The translations under genes were made by a program, and so were the position numbers. Positions 28,590 through 41,410 of a stretch of DNA of 64,000 nt are shown piece by piece (the first letter of the stretch is position 1; every line of letters begins with the position of its first letter). The stretch is from the human T2T-CHM13v2.0 reference genome, Homo sapiens. The notes under the pieces were generated by a model. The model made no database searches and had not been told where the DNA came from. It saw only the letters and a program-made list of their open reading frames with translations. The stretch lies in assembly GCF_009914755.1 (NCBI RefSeq), contig NC_060942.1; one strand, written 5' to 3'.

Positions 28590-29590
28590 ATTTTTATTAC
28601 AGTTTTATTAAGATATAATTGAACTATAATATATAGTACATGATTAAAGTGTATCATATATTTTCACATATGGTGATAACTCCTCACCATAATCAAGAAA
28701 ATGAACCTATTCATCACCACCCAAACTTTCTCTGTGCCCCTTTATAATCTCATTCTCTTGCCCTTTTGTGTCTCCACCACCCACAGGCAACCAATGATCT
28801 GGTTCACTATAGAATAGTTTATTTTTCTAAAATTTTATATGAAAGGAATGCATGTTTTATCCAGCTTCTTTTGTTCAGCATACTTAATACCCATCCACAT
28901 TTCATTGCTGTGTGTCCATAGCTTCTTCCTCTTATTAGTGAGCATTAACTCTTTGTTTTTTGTTTTCTTTTCTTTTTTCTCTATTTCTATTTATTTATTT
29001 ATTTATTTGGCCTCTTTACTCTGAGGGCACTGTCTCAGAGTCCATTGTATAGATATTCTGTATCTCTGTGGGTGGACATTTCAATTGTTTGCAGTTTTTA
29101 GCTATTTCAGACAAAGCCACTCTAAACATTTGTGTAGAAATCTTTTAATGAAAATATGCATTCATCTCCTCTAAGTTAGGAATGGCTGTGCCCTCTCGTG
29201 GGTATATGTTTATCTACCACACTAGTACGTAAGCATTTCAAGTGCTCCATATCCCCACCAACACTCTACAAGCACAGTCTTTTTAGTTTTAGGCATTTAA
29301 GTAGATATGTAGAGCTATCTAGTTGTGATGTTAACTTCTGCTTATCTAATAACTAATGATCTTGAGTCATTTTCATGTGCCTTTTTTCGGTCCACATAAT
29401 TTTTTTTTTGGTAATATATCTGAGGGCATTTGTAGGGCTCATGTAATTTGTTTCTGTCCCTCAGAAATCAGTGTCTTTCACTGTCTTGTGTCTAATGTTG
29501 TAAGAGTGATTTTATTTTTTTTCTGGCTTTGCAACTGCAGAGAATAAATCTAGTCTCTGTTATTCCATTTTGACCAGAAGTAGAAATTCC
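28590..29590 (-). mobile_element. Old L1M: 3' end (28590-29400) abutting a 5'UTR terminus (29410-29590)
   Basis: ttttattaagatataattga...caggcaaccaatgatctg (3'UTR, reverse); ctctgttattccattttgaccagaagtagaa (5' terminus, reverse). Confidence 0.7.
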
Positions 29591-31401
29591 CATATATACA
29601 ATTAAATGTTTAGCCCTCTTCCAATGAATCCATGTGGATTTTACCTACATAACAGTCATTTATACCTAAGCATTTCAGTACTTTATCTTTCTTCCTTACA
29701 TATTTTAGTCTTGTCATTCAAAGTGTTCCAAGGGCCATACCCTTCTAAATGTGGTATTGTATTTGTACCATGCTGATTCATTTTCCCATACTTGAGGTAA
29801 ATAAATAAATTTCTTGGAGGTTTCTACATTTATTCTGAACAATTAGTTTGATAGTCTGTTACTAGAGACATAAAATTTACCCTCTAATATTGCTGGGCTT
29901 GTTATAATGTACATATTTTTTACTGTATTTGCATACATTCTTCAAGTGCCAGCTTCAGATCTGTACACAGAACTATCATTAGCATTTGTTTCAAGTCATT
30001 GATTATCTGCTCTTCTTATTATATGAAGTGGAACAGTTTGATGCTTTTCATAGTTGAATGTATTCCCATATGGCCCAAGCAAACAATTGGGAATTAATAA
30101 TTACCCATGGCTAATCTGCTTATGGCCCACCCCAACTTAGGGAGACAATATTTGTCCAGTGAATCCATCTGCATTGAGGTTGCCAGATGGGCTTTAAAGT
30201 GTTTTCTTTATCACCATAAGTCACTGTAAATCATTGTTTTATACTGCCAGAACATATATAAAGGGTACTGGCTGGTTCTTGTGAAATTAATTCATAACTA
30301 CAACTTCAAACCATTGAAACTATCATCAAAATAAAGGAAGAGAGTAAAATAGAGATAAAATGAAACCTATTAAATGTTTCCTAATTATAGTTTAGGGTTT
30401 TAAAATTTATTTCTCATGATACTCATTACCTATATATTAAGTATATCCTGGACCTTAAACATTATTTCTCTGTTTTGGGTCTGGCCCTCAGTTAATTAAC
30501 CCATAATTTATCTTTATTTAGTCAAAGGTAATTTTCTTTCTTCAATTAATCTTTTTCTTGAATCATAGTTTAATCAGTTTTGTTCATTAAGTTGTAACCC
30601 TAGAGTTTGTAAACAAAACTCTAGTTCATGTTAAAAAAAAAACTTTGCAAATTAATATTTTCCCATAATTAACCATGTAGATTTTGTTCAAATCTACTAC
30701 CAGCTATGTTTTAACAAAGATACGCTAAGAAAGTGTTATTTTATTAGGTTCCTTCAGGGTAGGCATGGTCAAATATATATAATGGAATGGCTTATTTATT
30801 GGCTGCATCTAATACGTTTTATATATTCTATCATTTTTATTTCACAAAAGGAGTTTAATGATGTGGGTAACTCATACAATAGGTTACAGATGATCAAAAT
30901 GTACTAGGTTATAAGGTTAACAAATATCAGAAAGGGCTGAAACACATGAATAACTCTTTTTTGTTTCATGTTTTTATCTTGTTTTGTTATTTTTTCCCAT
31001 AATGGCTAAATGTTTAGGAGGATGTCACCTTGGGTTTTCAGTTTCATGCATTCTGATGTTTTAGTCTCATTGTTTAATTTAAACAAAGTAGGTCTAGCTT
31101 AGATTGGATAGTCCTCACATGACCTAAAGTGACATATATCCATGGTGAACTTAAATCTGACCAGTAACCCAAAGAAGTATTTAGATAATACATTAATCTT
31201 ATGAAATATTTTCACCTAATTATGAAGGCTATAAAATAACTACATTGTGAATGATTTATTAAAATCAAACCTTTTTTCTGGAATGAGTTTAAAATTGCCT
31301 TATTGTGATCAATCTAATCAATTTTGTCGTGAAGTATTATATAGAATACTCTGAATGCTCATACTCAGGTGGCTAAACACCTTCAATACCCTTCTTTATA
31401 G

Positions 31402-31602
31402 TAGTGTCTCTCAAAGGATGATCACTGAGCAGAAGTATCAACACTACCTGAGAACTTGTTAGAGATGCAAATCTTGCTCCAGTCTCCTTTACCCCAAATA
31501 TTTCTTTCAGATTTACTATAGCAGAAACTCTGTAAGTAGGGCCCAGCAAACTTTAATAAGCCCTCCGGGTGATTCTGAGCACACCAAAGTGTGAATTCAC
31601 TG
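31402..31602. mobile_element. MER5A hAT-Charlie MITE
   Basis: tagtgtctctcaaag...acctgagaacttgttagagatgcaaat...aagccctccgggtgattctga...aaagtgtgaattcactg. Confidence 0.85.
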
Positions 31603-32789
31603 TTTCAATAATCTTACCTTTTTACCTAAAAACTCTGAGACTGCTATAAAATGAAGTACTCAGGGAAATGTCTATCATTTATTAACATTTTATTCAAATG
31701 CTAGTCTTACGAGTCTGTTCAACTGATGTCATATGCAAAACTGTAGCAAACCAACTTAGGACATAGTTGAAACAGTTCTTCATAAACATGAAACCGTATG
31801 ATATCAAATTTAGGACAAATACCTAAGGACATTGCAAAATATTATGCTTTGTATCATTAATTTAAATTTTTTCCTGAAGTTGTTAATAATTTGAACTAGC
31901 CATTCAAAAGAACAAGCTAGTAACTATAATTTTTTCTTAAATTAGATCATTTTCTTAACCTGTTTATTAGCCAGTTTTGAATATCATAAATTTCTATCTA
32001 GATATAACTTTAATAGTAAAATTTGTTGAATTTAAATTAATACATATTGTTATATTTGCCTTAAATGATGAGAATACATAAAATACTCTTTAGTGACAGT
32101 GACATACCTACATTATTCTACAAAAATTGTATTTTATAATAATAGCATACATCAAAATTATTTTAACAAGCTATTGATCTCCATCTTTTCTTCATTTGTC
32201 AGGCACAGTTTATATTTATTCCTTTCATTGTTTGGAGAATAAGAATCTCAAAGAACCCGATTTGATATAGTGTAATAAAATGATAAAGTCAGTTCAGTTG
32301 ATTCTAATGTTTAGCATCTTTCAATACACTGAGAAGTGATAGTTACAGAAATTGGGGCTCTGAACAGTCCATCAGAGTATCCCTCTTGATACTTGGCACG
32401 AGCGTGAATCTACAAAGACAACAATAATAGTTAAGTTATGTTTGAGGAACGTCAAGAATTAATACATATGAATTACTCATGGCAGCTGCCTAGTCATTTC
32501 CAAAGCAACACATAATATCCCAGTTTGTTTATTTCCTTACGTCCCTGAAACCCGTTTGTGTAGATATACAAGGCACACTAGCAAAATCACTCTGCTTTGC
32601 CACAAAGCAGCATTTTTAACAGCATATAACTTTCATTTTCCCTGTTTACCCCATTACTCCACCCACTTTGGAAAACATTAGTATCAAATCTCACATCTCA
32701 GGAACTTCGGTACATTATCTATTCTTTAGGGGACAGAATTCTTAGTATAGGACTCAGATTTAGACTCTGTTTTTGCATGTAATGAAGTG

Positions 32790-32980
32790 GCAGAGATGAT
32801 GCAGTGAAAATAGAAGGACAAGGAGATGAAGCCATTTTGAATCAGATAAACTGGGAATCCTTGTTCTGACATTCACTTAATCTATTCTTTGGACTATTAA
32901 ATTAACCATTCTCGGTTTCAGTTTCTTCACGTGTAAATTAACATAATAATACTTGAAATGGTTACTGTGAGATTTAATGT
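32790..32980 (+). mobile_element. MIR SINE
   Basis: ttaaccattctcggtttcagtttcttcacgtgtaaatt...ataataatac...tgtgagatttaatg. Confidence 0.7.
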
Positions 32981-34338
32981 TTTTGTTGCTTTCTTTCCTT
33001 CCTATAACTCTCCATACCTCCTCTGGTGATTTTATGTGGTTGTCAATAAAAGCAGTTTGCATGCAAGGCAATGATCAGTAGTACATTTTCATTAGTCATA
33101 GCTTGCCTTGAGACAATGATTTTAATTTCTGATTCTCTTACTTTTCTGCTGCTCCAGTTCTGCAGTTTTAATAAGTTTTTGTTGTGTTCTTTAACACTAT
33201 CCTCATGGAACAGGAGCTAACTTTTAGCATCCCTCCAGTATTAAATATTTAATGATGTTTGAATACTAACTTCTTAAGGATGTTTTAAATCATTCTGTAA
33301 ATACACTGGCACAAATAATAAAGGTTTAGACCTCTGCTAGATACTGAGAAAAACAAGGAATTAAATCCACTACAAGCTAGGTGAAGTTGTACAGGAGATT
33401 TTATATGGTAAGGAAAGCAAAAAATGTATTTTCATTTATTTCTCTGGAATGAGAAAGTTTTTCGGCTAATTACTAGTTAATGATCATAAAGTGCATTGAA
33501 AATATGTAAGTGCTGTATATAGTCCTTATAATGATGGAACCTTTATGACTCTTTCAAATTATATGATCATTTAACAACATTTAAAAACCCTTTGTGCTAA
33601 CTGCTTCTCTTAGTCATTTACTTTACAGGGCGACTGCTCCCATTCTAAAAGACAAATACTCATATTCTCTGAGCACTCATCCTATCGCTAGTCCATGCCC
33701 TCTGGTTTTCATATTTGACTTTAGCTAAAGTATTCTTTTAACTACTAAAGCATATATATTCCTTCAAGTGTGATATGTAAATAATGTCAGTGGAATGGAT
33801 TCTATCTTTAGTGTCTTGCTTTCAACATTAGGAGTGTATAAATTCTGTTGAATGCTTAAGTCTCTAATATTGCAAACTTATGTTTTTATATTTCATCTTA
33901 TAAACTCCTTATTTTAACCAACTGCCACATTTCCTACCTCCCCCCTCTCTGAAGATACAAGTTCAATTCTCTTGTGTACGGCTTGGCAGCACATTTTGTG
34001 TGCAGCTCTCCTAAAGACTGCCATAGCAACATAAAATGATAACTTATGCTTATATGAACTTTCATGAATTGGAAAAATAAATGCTTGGCATAACATCAAA
34101 TCCTTGTCTATATTTGTTATTTTTCCCCTTTGCTATAACATGAAAATTATGGGCAGGTTGTCTCTTTCATCTTTTTTCATGTATGGAGATCTAAATTAGC
34201 TGCTACGATTCATGCTGACCTTCTAACATCACTTTGTAGTCAGAGTCCCTTGGCGCTCAATTCTGTGTCTGAACTGAGCTGCAATCAATTTATCACTGAG
34301 CAGAGGAAATAGAAATGGAGGAGAATGAAGAGTGTGTT

Positions 34339-34480
34339 AAAATACCTAATGCATGCGGGGCTCAAAACCTAGATGACAGGTTGATGGATGCAGCAAACCA
34401 CCATGGCACATGTATACTTATGTAACAAACCTGCATGTCCTGCACATGTATCCCAGAACTTAAAGTAAAATTAAAAAAAG
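34339..34480 (+). mobile_element. Short L1PA (PA8-10-like) 3' end
   Basis: aatacctaatgcatgcggggctcaaaacctagatgac...cccagaacttaaagtaaaatt. Confidence 0.92.
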
Positions 34481-35504
34481 ATGGATGCATATATATGGTT
34501 GACTGTTGTCTATGTAGATTTCTTTAGAAACTAAACTATAAATACATAGTGGGTAGTGGGTTGAACTTAACAGTGATTTATAACTAGTAGTAATTAATGT
34601 CTGGTTATCAGAGATCATTAATGGCATGGGATAAAAATATCCGTTAACATTATTTATGTTCTATGATCTCAGAATTATCATTGCTATACTTAATGTATTC
34701 ATTATTACCATACCAATTTATCAAGAGCTACATATTAATCACATTTAAGCTTATTTTTAAAGAGATTCAACATTAAAATTTGTTTTTTATAATTTAATTT
34801 CTGTAATTTCATACATTCTTATAATTTAGTACTTAAAATGAATGCTTTCAGCTACTCTGAAAAAATCAAATGACAAAATGAATATGGATTTTCATAAGCA
34901 AGGAGAATATAACTAGACAGACATGTACTGAGAAAATATTAGATTATCATGCAGCATATTTCAAGTATTTGACCTCAATTACGGTGAACTTTTGCTTGGG
35001 CTGGAAAGCTTCATGCCTCCTGAGCCATGGTCGCCATAGATCGGAAGCACACCTGAAGTACTAAGACCAGAGCTCTTGGGGAAGAAGGCATCCTTCAGGT
35101 CTATATTACTTTTTGAATACACAGATATCTAAACGGATATCTTTTAGAGGTAAATAAGGCAGACAAATGCTACAAATTTTCTATTCTTGGGGAGTTTTGA
35201 GGTGTATAAGAAAGTTGGAGAAAGCAAAGGATTCAGAATGGCTTGAATATGGTTTTACCTCTTTCCACACTTTAACTAGCCAGACCAAATGCTCTTCCAG
35301 CCTTGTCACAAACCCTGGATTCAGCACTAGGTTCTTCTTCTCCAACCCAGAGAAGATGAAGGAAACAAAACATAACAAATATAAAAGACAAGTACATATG
35401 GATAAAAATAGTTTCTGAGACATATGTCTTCTAAGAAGTGAAAGATTTCAGAGAAGGCTCTAGAAAATGCAGGATGATGTTGATGGTAGTAGTGACAAAC
35501 ATGA

Positions 35505-35720
35505 TAATTATCATTAAAATAGTGAATTTTATTGAAGGTATATTATGTACCAGACACCATGCCAAATGCTTTACGTCAATAATCTCATTTAATCCTTATG
35601 GCCATTCCATGATTTATGCATTTATCTCAGAAAGATGAGAAAATACACTTACATACAACATAGCATTTTGGTAAGATGTGAATAAGAAATGGATCTAAGT
35701 GCATATTAATGGAGGTGACA
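35505..35720 (-). mobile_element. MIR SINE
   Basis: tttattgaagg...tatgtaccagacaccatgccaaatgcttta...ctcatttaatcct. Confidence 0.7.
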
Positions 35721-35789
35721 GGTATGTGTTCTGCTAGCCAAGACATCATTTAGACTGACAAAAGTATGACAACTTTAAGGACTGAAGTA

Positions 35790-36790
35790 AAGGCTGAATT
35801 AAATAAAGATGGACATGTGGGATTTTACTGGAGACGGGGAGAAGTAAGAGGGTAACACAAGCAGAGAGAACAGGTTGAAAGACACAAGAACATTTAAAAA
35901 TAGATGGTATGTTTTGAAAATAGCAAGAAGGTTAAGGAAAGTAAAAGAAACGAAGCTCAGCTATTGGGCAGATGGGAAAGGTCTTTGTAGGCGTTCAAAG
36001 ACCTTCTGAATCCGACCTCTGACACTTCTTTGCAATCCGAAATCTGACCTCTGACATTTTCTTTGCTTCAACTGTACTAGAGTAGTGACCCAGTGTCCAG
36101 GGGAAGCCACAATCTCCATGCATTCTACATCCTTCAACATAGCATTTCCTTTACTTGAAACCTGCTTCATGTGTCTTCTGCCCCTCATTTGGCCGCATTC
36201 TGCTTCCATGTTGCCTTCTTAGGGGAAAATGTCATTCACATAGTGCAGTTCGTCCTAATCCCCAGACTTTATTTTTATTAATGGCTTATTCCTACATTTT
36301 TATTTTTATTTACTTACTGTTATTATTTAAATTTCAACTTTTAATTTGGATGCAGGGAGTACATGTACTGGTTTGTTAATGAGAATATTGTGTGATGCTG
36401 GAGTTTGGGGTACGGATCCCATCATCCAGGTGGTGAGCATAGTGCCTGATAAGTACTTTTTAAACCTGTGATCCCTTCCCTCCCTCCTCCTTCTGGTAGT
36501 TCACACTGTCTGCTCTTCCCATGTTTATGTCTATGTGTGCTCAATGTTTAGCTCTCACTTATAAATGAGAACATGCACTAACCCCTAGACTTTAGCAGAC
36601 ACCCAGAACACTCTGATAGTAACTTATTCTTCCTCTTTCCAATCAGCATCCACTTGTAATTACCTGTTCAGTGGCGGTGATACCTGACAGCAAGATTCAT
36701 GATGGCAGAGACAGTATTTAATTCTGACAGATAGCTTTGACATATAGTAGAAGCTCAGTAGATATTTTGGGAATAAAGAAAGAAAGAAAT
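35790..36790. mobile_element. L2 fragments (both orientations) hosting an L1PA insertion
   Basis: L2 3' end gacagtattt...gctcagtagatattttgggaataaagaa at 36690-36790; purine-rich antisense L2 text at 35790-35960. Confidence 0.45.
36272..36577 (-). mobile_element. 5'-truncated L1PA (PA15-17-like) 3' end with extended tail
   Basis: caacttttaattt...tgtgtgatgctggagtttgggg...ataaatgagaacatgca; 17-bp TSD ctaatccccagacttta (36255-36271) / ctaacccctagacttta (36578-36594). Confidence 0.9.
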
Positions 36791-37089
36791 TCCATGTTAA
36801 GGAGTTTGTCATTTAAACTACATAAAAGCTTTGGAGGTTTTAATCAGAAGAGTGGAAGATATTATTTGGGAATATAACTTTATAAGAACCTAATTTACAA
36901 CAAAGTGGCCTCCAAATCAAAAGAAAAGAATAAATAACCGAACATTTGGAGAAAACCGATTTGTCAAAAGGAGAAAAATAAAACTTAATTCTTACTTCTA
37001 ACTCTACAGGGACTAAAAACCTGATTGTAACAAGTTTTACTCTACTGGTAATAGCACTGTGGAAGATATTCACTGTGCTCTATATTGTG

Positions 37090-37260
37090 AAAGACTTGTT
37101 AAATAAGATTAAAAAAAACAAATGCACAAATCTTAAGGCTAAAAATCAATAAATTTGATTATATCAAAAATTAAAGTCTTCTGTTTAAAAGGATAGTAAA
37201 AACAAGGTTAAAAGATCACTGGCCTTTTGGAAGGTGATGTGTACATGTCAAAGTAAAGGA
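37090..37260 (+). mobile_element. L1ME-like ORF2 fragment
   Basis: aataaatttgattatatcaaaaattaaagtcttctgttt. Confidence 0.6.
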
Positions 37261-37294
37261 TCTAAGCCAGTTTCGCTTAGTGTTTTATATCACA

Positions 37295-37460
37295 GGCATT
37301 GTAGTTACACACGTAAGGATTGAAACACAGCTCTGCTGCTTGCTGTCTGTATTTGGAAAGAATGATCACTTCATATTGCCACAACTTAGTTTTTACATCT
37401 GTAACACAGCTTTGGTAATGATCAGTTAAACTGTAAGATTTTCATGAGTTGTAGTTCTAC
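37295..37460 (+). mobile_element. MIR SINE
   Basis: ttgaaacacagctctgctgcttgctg...cttagtttttacatctgtaa. Confidence 0.5.
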
Positions 37461-37499
37461 AAGTCACTTGCTATTCAAATTCAGGAAACAAATTATTAT

Positions 37500-37795
37500 T
37501 TTTTCTTTTTTTGGGACACTGTCTCACTCTACCACCCAGGGTGGGTGCAGTGGCACAATCATGGCTCACCACAGCCTCCACCTTCTGAGCCTAAGCAATC
37601 CTCCCACTTCAGCCTCCCGAGTAGCTGAGACAACAGGCACGCACCACCATGCTCAGCTAATTTTTTTGATTTTTCATAGAGACAGGGTCTCACTTTGTTA
37701 CTCAAGCTGGTCTTGAACTTCTGGGCTCAAGTGATCCTCTCGCCTTTGCCATCCCAAAGTACTGGGATTACAGGCATGAGCCACTGCTCCTGGAC
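37500..37795 (-). mobile_element. AluJ
   Basis: Full dimer in reverse; imperfect TSD ggaaacaaattatt / ggaaaccaataatt. Confidence 0.92.
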
Positions 37796-38694
37796 TTGGG
37801 AAACCAATAATTTTTTTTTAGATTAAAATTGCTAGATATCTTAAACTCTCACTACTTGCTACCTGAAATTCAGGAACTCAATAAAGACAATAAAGCGATA
37901 TTCTTTACAATCCATCAAAGCTATCTGAACTCATTATTTGAAGTTTGAAATGGAATAGATACAGACAATGATGGTAAAATGTACGTACAAATACACATGG
38001 TTGCTGTACTTAAGAATATTGGGAAAATCAGTAGTGGCTTGATATTAGGCTGTATTCACCTAATCAGTAACAGGCCTCATCTTTCTGGAATGAAATAAAC
38101 TTAATATATGTTTTGGGAAAAGAAATTAATCTAGACCAGCATAATGAGATTTTAAGAGAAAGGAACATATTGTACCACTTTTCGCCAGCACACAAATATC
38201 TGCTTATATGGTTTCTCTTACATTTATTTTCATTTTGGTATGATATTTTATTCATAGAATGGTATCCAGATTATTTAACAAATAGAAATCATTTGAGATC
38301 TAAACAATACTTTCAAAGATGTCAAATTATTACTTTTATATGTTAAAGTGCTATTTGCTGTCATATTAAAAAGTTACTAAACTTCATGAAATATAGACTA
38401 CATTCCAAATATATTTTGCAAGAATACTGTGTATTTTTCAGGATACACATATGAACAATGGTTTTCAGAATAGTTCGTTTTTGTTTTTTCTCTTAGCAGT
38501 TTTTAGGAAACCATTTATGAATGATTTAATTCAAACATCTTTTGCTAAGTAAAATTTCCATATATTTTGGAACAATAATTCAAAGAATATGGTATACGAA
38601 ATGGAGCCTATAAATAACCATGCCCTAAAATTTGTCATCTTTCCATATTTGAGTGTTAAAATTAGTTGATAAGTAGAGACACTTGCATAGTAGG

Positions 38695-39040
38695 TGATAT
38701 GTTTTGATTCTGTCCCCATCCAAATCTCATGTTGAGTTGTAGCTCCCATAATCCCCACATGTTGTGGGAGGGAGCCGGTAGGAGGAAATTGAATAATGGG
38801 GGTGGGTTTTTTCCCATGCAGTTCTCATGGTAGTGAATAAGTCTCAAGAGATCTGATTTTATAAAGGGCAATTCCCCTGCACATGCTCTCTTACCTGTCT
38901 TTGTTCCTCCTTTACCTTCTGCCGTGATTGTGAGGCCTCCCCAGCCATGTGGAACTGTGAGTCCATTAAAACTCTTTTTCTTTATAAATTACTCAGTCTC
39001 AGGTATGTTTTTATTAGCAGTGTGAGAACGGACTAATACA
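38695..39040 (+). mobile_element. THE1 (B/C-like) solo LTR
   Basis: tgatatg...ggactaataca termini; 5-bp TSD gtagg / gcagg. Confidence 0.95.
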
Positions 39041-39239
39041 GCAGGTTTTCTAAAGGTGCTGGGCTCTGTGTGTGTGTGTATACACATGCACGTGTGTGTA
39101 GGCTATTCTTGAAGCCTCATAAATATTTTGTACATTATGCTATATTGTTAGGAAACTGTCATCATGATGCTTTACGGAGCTTATTTACAGAGTTTATTCT
39201 ATATCTGGGGTAGCAAAGTCCGTTTCTCTAGAACAGATT

Positions 39240-39480
39240 TGTAATAATGATAATAATAATATGTGTTAATGTATTCACTGGGTATAACACTTTACATATG
39301 TTATATAATTTAATCTTCATGACAAAACTGTTAAGAAAGTAGTATTATCCCCTCTTAACGGATGAGTTAATTGTTTGCAGAGGCTATTAAGTTGATGTCG
39401 TTGAAAAGAGTTGGACTATTGACCCAAGTCTGTCTGACAATGAAATTTGATGATGACGGATGCACTTTAACCACAGAACA
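39240..39480 (-). mobile_element. MIR SINE
   Basis: tttaatcttcatgacaa...tattatcccctcttaacggatgag...ttgacccaagtctgtctgac. Confidence 0.65.
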
Positions 39481-39507
39481 ATATTTCTCCAAGTATGAAC
39501 CAGGCTA

Positions 39508-39712
39508 CAGATTGTAGTGTACTGGAGCTGGCTCCAACCTGCTCAGGAGATCTGATTATGTGCATATGTTTCTAGCAACCTGTTCAGTGACATTATGTGG
39601 AGACCTTGAAATGGGCCCTGGTGAGAGTATTCATATCATGGTAATAGGAAATGCAGCAAATCAGGGTTTTCATGTATCAGGGGAGCCACTTAGTCTGCAT
39701 ACCACTCACTGG
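39508..39712 (+). mobile_element. MER63A-like hAT DNA transposon
   Basis: gtgtactggagctggctc...gttcagtgacattatg...cttgaaatgggcc...aaatcagggtttt...cactg. Confidence 0.7.
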
Positions 39713-40249
39713 CAGAGAATATCCTGCTAGTAGGCTACGAAGTGTCCAAAAAGGTAAATTTTAAAAAATTATTTTGAATATCTCCACAAAATTGTATTTT
39801 TACCGACAACATAGGTTTTTTCCTAGATCTAAAACAAATTATTTTAAAAATGTTATTTCACTAGGTGTTCATAATTTTAAAGTGATGTCCTATCAGATCA
39901 GTTTACTAATAATTCTAAGTCAGTATTCTGTGAATTCTAGTTGCCATACAGTAATTAGCAAGTCTGTAAAGCACTTTCTCTCTCTGTGTATGTGTATGTG
40001 TGTGTTTGGAATTCCTGAAATTTTAAATATTTGCTATCAGTCCATGGTAAGCGTGATCTTGAAATCCTCATTAACATATTTCTATTTTTGCTTCTTAAAT
40101 TATGTCATTATTGATTAAATGTAATCATTAAAATGTTTGTTTCTTTGTGGTCTTTGGCTTATTATTTAATGTGTAACAACTCATATATACATCAACAGTG
40201 CTTTAGACTTATACTTTTAGATACAATTTTATTTTATATATAACTATTA

Positions 40250-40417
40250 TACTTTATTTTTTTTCACTTACTGGGGCACAATTGACAAAAGTTATACATA
40301 TTTAAAGTGTAAAACTTGATGTCTTGATATATATATATTATATATATACATTGTGAAATGATCAAATGGGATGATATTTATCAAAGAATACAAAGTTTCA
40401 CTTTTGCAAAATGAATC
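40250..40417 (-). mobile_element. Short L1MA (MA9-like) 3' end with an inverted 5' segment
   Basis: 40250-40364 is L1MA 3'UTR in reverse; 40365-40417 (atgggatgatatttatcaaagaatacaaagtttca...gaat) is upstream L1MA sequence in forward orientation. Confidence 0.6.
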
Positions 40418-40788
40418 CTTTATTGAGATAAATTAATACAATATTGATTACCAATATATGTTTAGCTTCTTGAATTTAATGACAGAAAGCAACTACTAAG
40501 GATTGAATAATTCTTGGAGGGGTTTGCTCGTTGGTTTTGTCAAAATACTGATAAATAAAGCAGAGCAAATGCCCAAAGTTTTCTCTGAAAGGCAATGGCT
40601 CCAATGGATTTGGTGAATTTTTACTTGAAAATTGTAATACATTCTAAATGACCAGGTAATTAGAGCTATTCTGAAAAGATCTTAAAAACTACAAAACTGG
40701 TTGCATCTTACCAATCTATTCTAATTATTTTTAAAATTCAATGCAAAAAAAGTCAATAATAAATTATCTGACACACATCTAGTATCTG

Positions 40789-41410
40789 TGTAGTAGACAG
40801 CATGGTCCCCCAAAGACATCAGTTTCCTAATCCCTGGAATCTCTGAATATGTCACCTTCCATTACAAAAGGAACTTCATATAGGTAGCTAAGGTTACTGA
40901 CCTTAAATGGAGGGATTCAACTAGATTATCTGTGTCTTCACAGAAATCCTTAAAAGCAGAGAACCTTCTCTGGCTGGAGTTAGAGAAATGCAACAGAAGG
41001 CAAAATCAGAAAGATTGGAAACATAAAAGGGTCTCACCTCTCGCTGATGGAGGGGGCCTCATGGAAAGCCTGAGAAGGTATGGGGAACAAGTCTCCAGGA
41101 GCAAAGGCAGGCCTCTGGCTGAGAGCTACTAGGAGTGGTGAACTTCGGTTCTACAATCCCACTGAGCTAAACCCAACCACCAACCTGAATGCACTTGGAA
41201 GCAGATTCTTCCTCTGAGCTTCCACTAAGGAACTCAGGCCTTGACACCTTGATTTCAGTCAGGTTGGTGAGACTGTAAGCTGAGGATGCACTCAAGCTAG
41301 CAGAGTTCTTCTAACCTACAGAAGCTGTGAGGTAGTAAATATGTGCTGGTTTAAACCTTAAACTTAAACCCATGTGAGAAGTTCTTATAACAGTGAAAGG
41401 AAATGAATAA
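40789..41410 (+). mobile_element. MLT1E-like MaLR LTR
   Basis: tggtcccccaaagacatc...cctaatccctggaa...caacctgaatgcacttggaagcagattcttcc...aatgaata. Confidence 0.85.
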
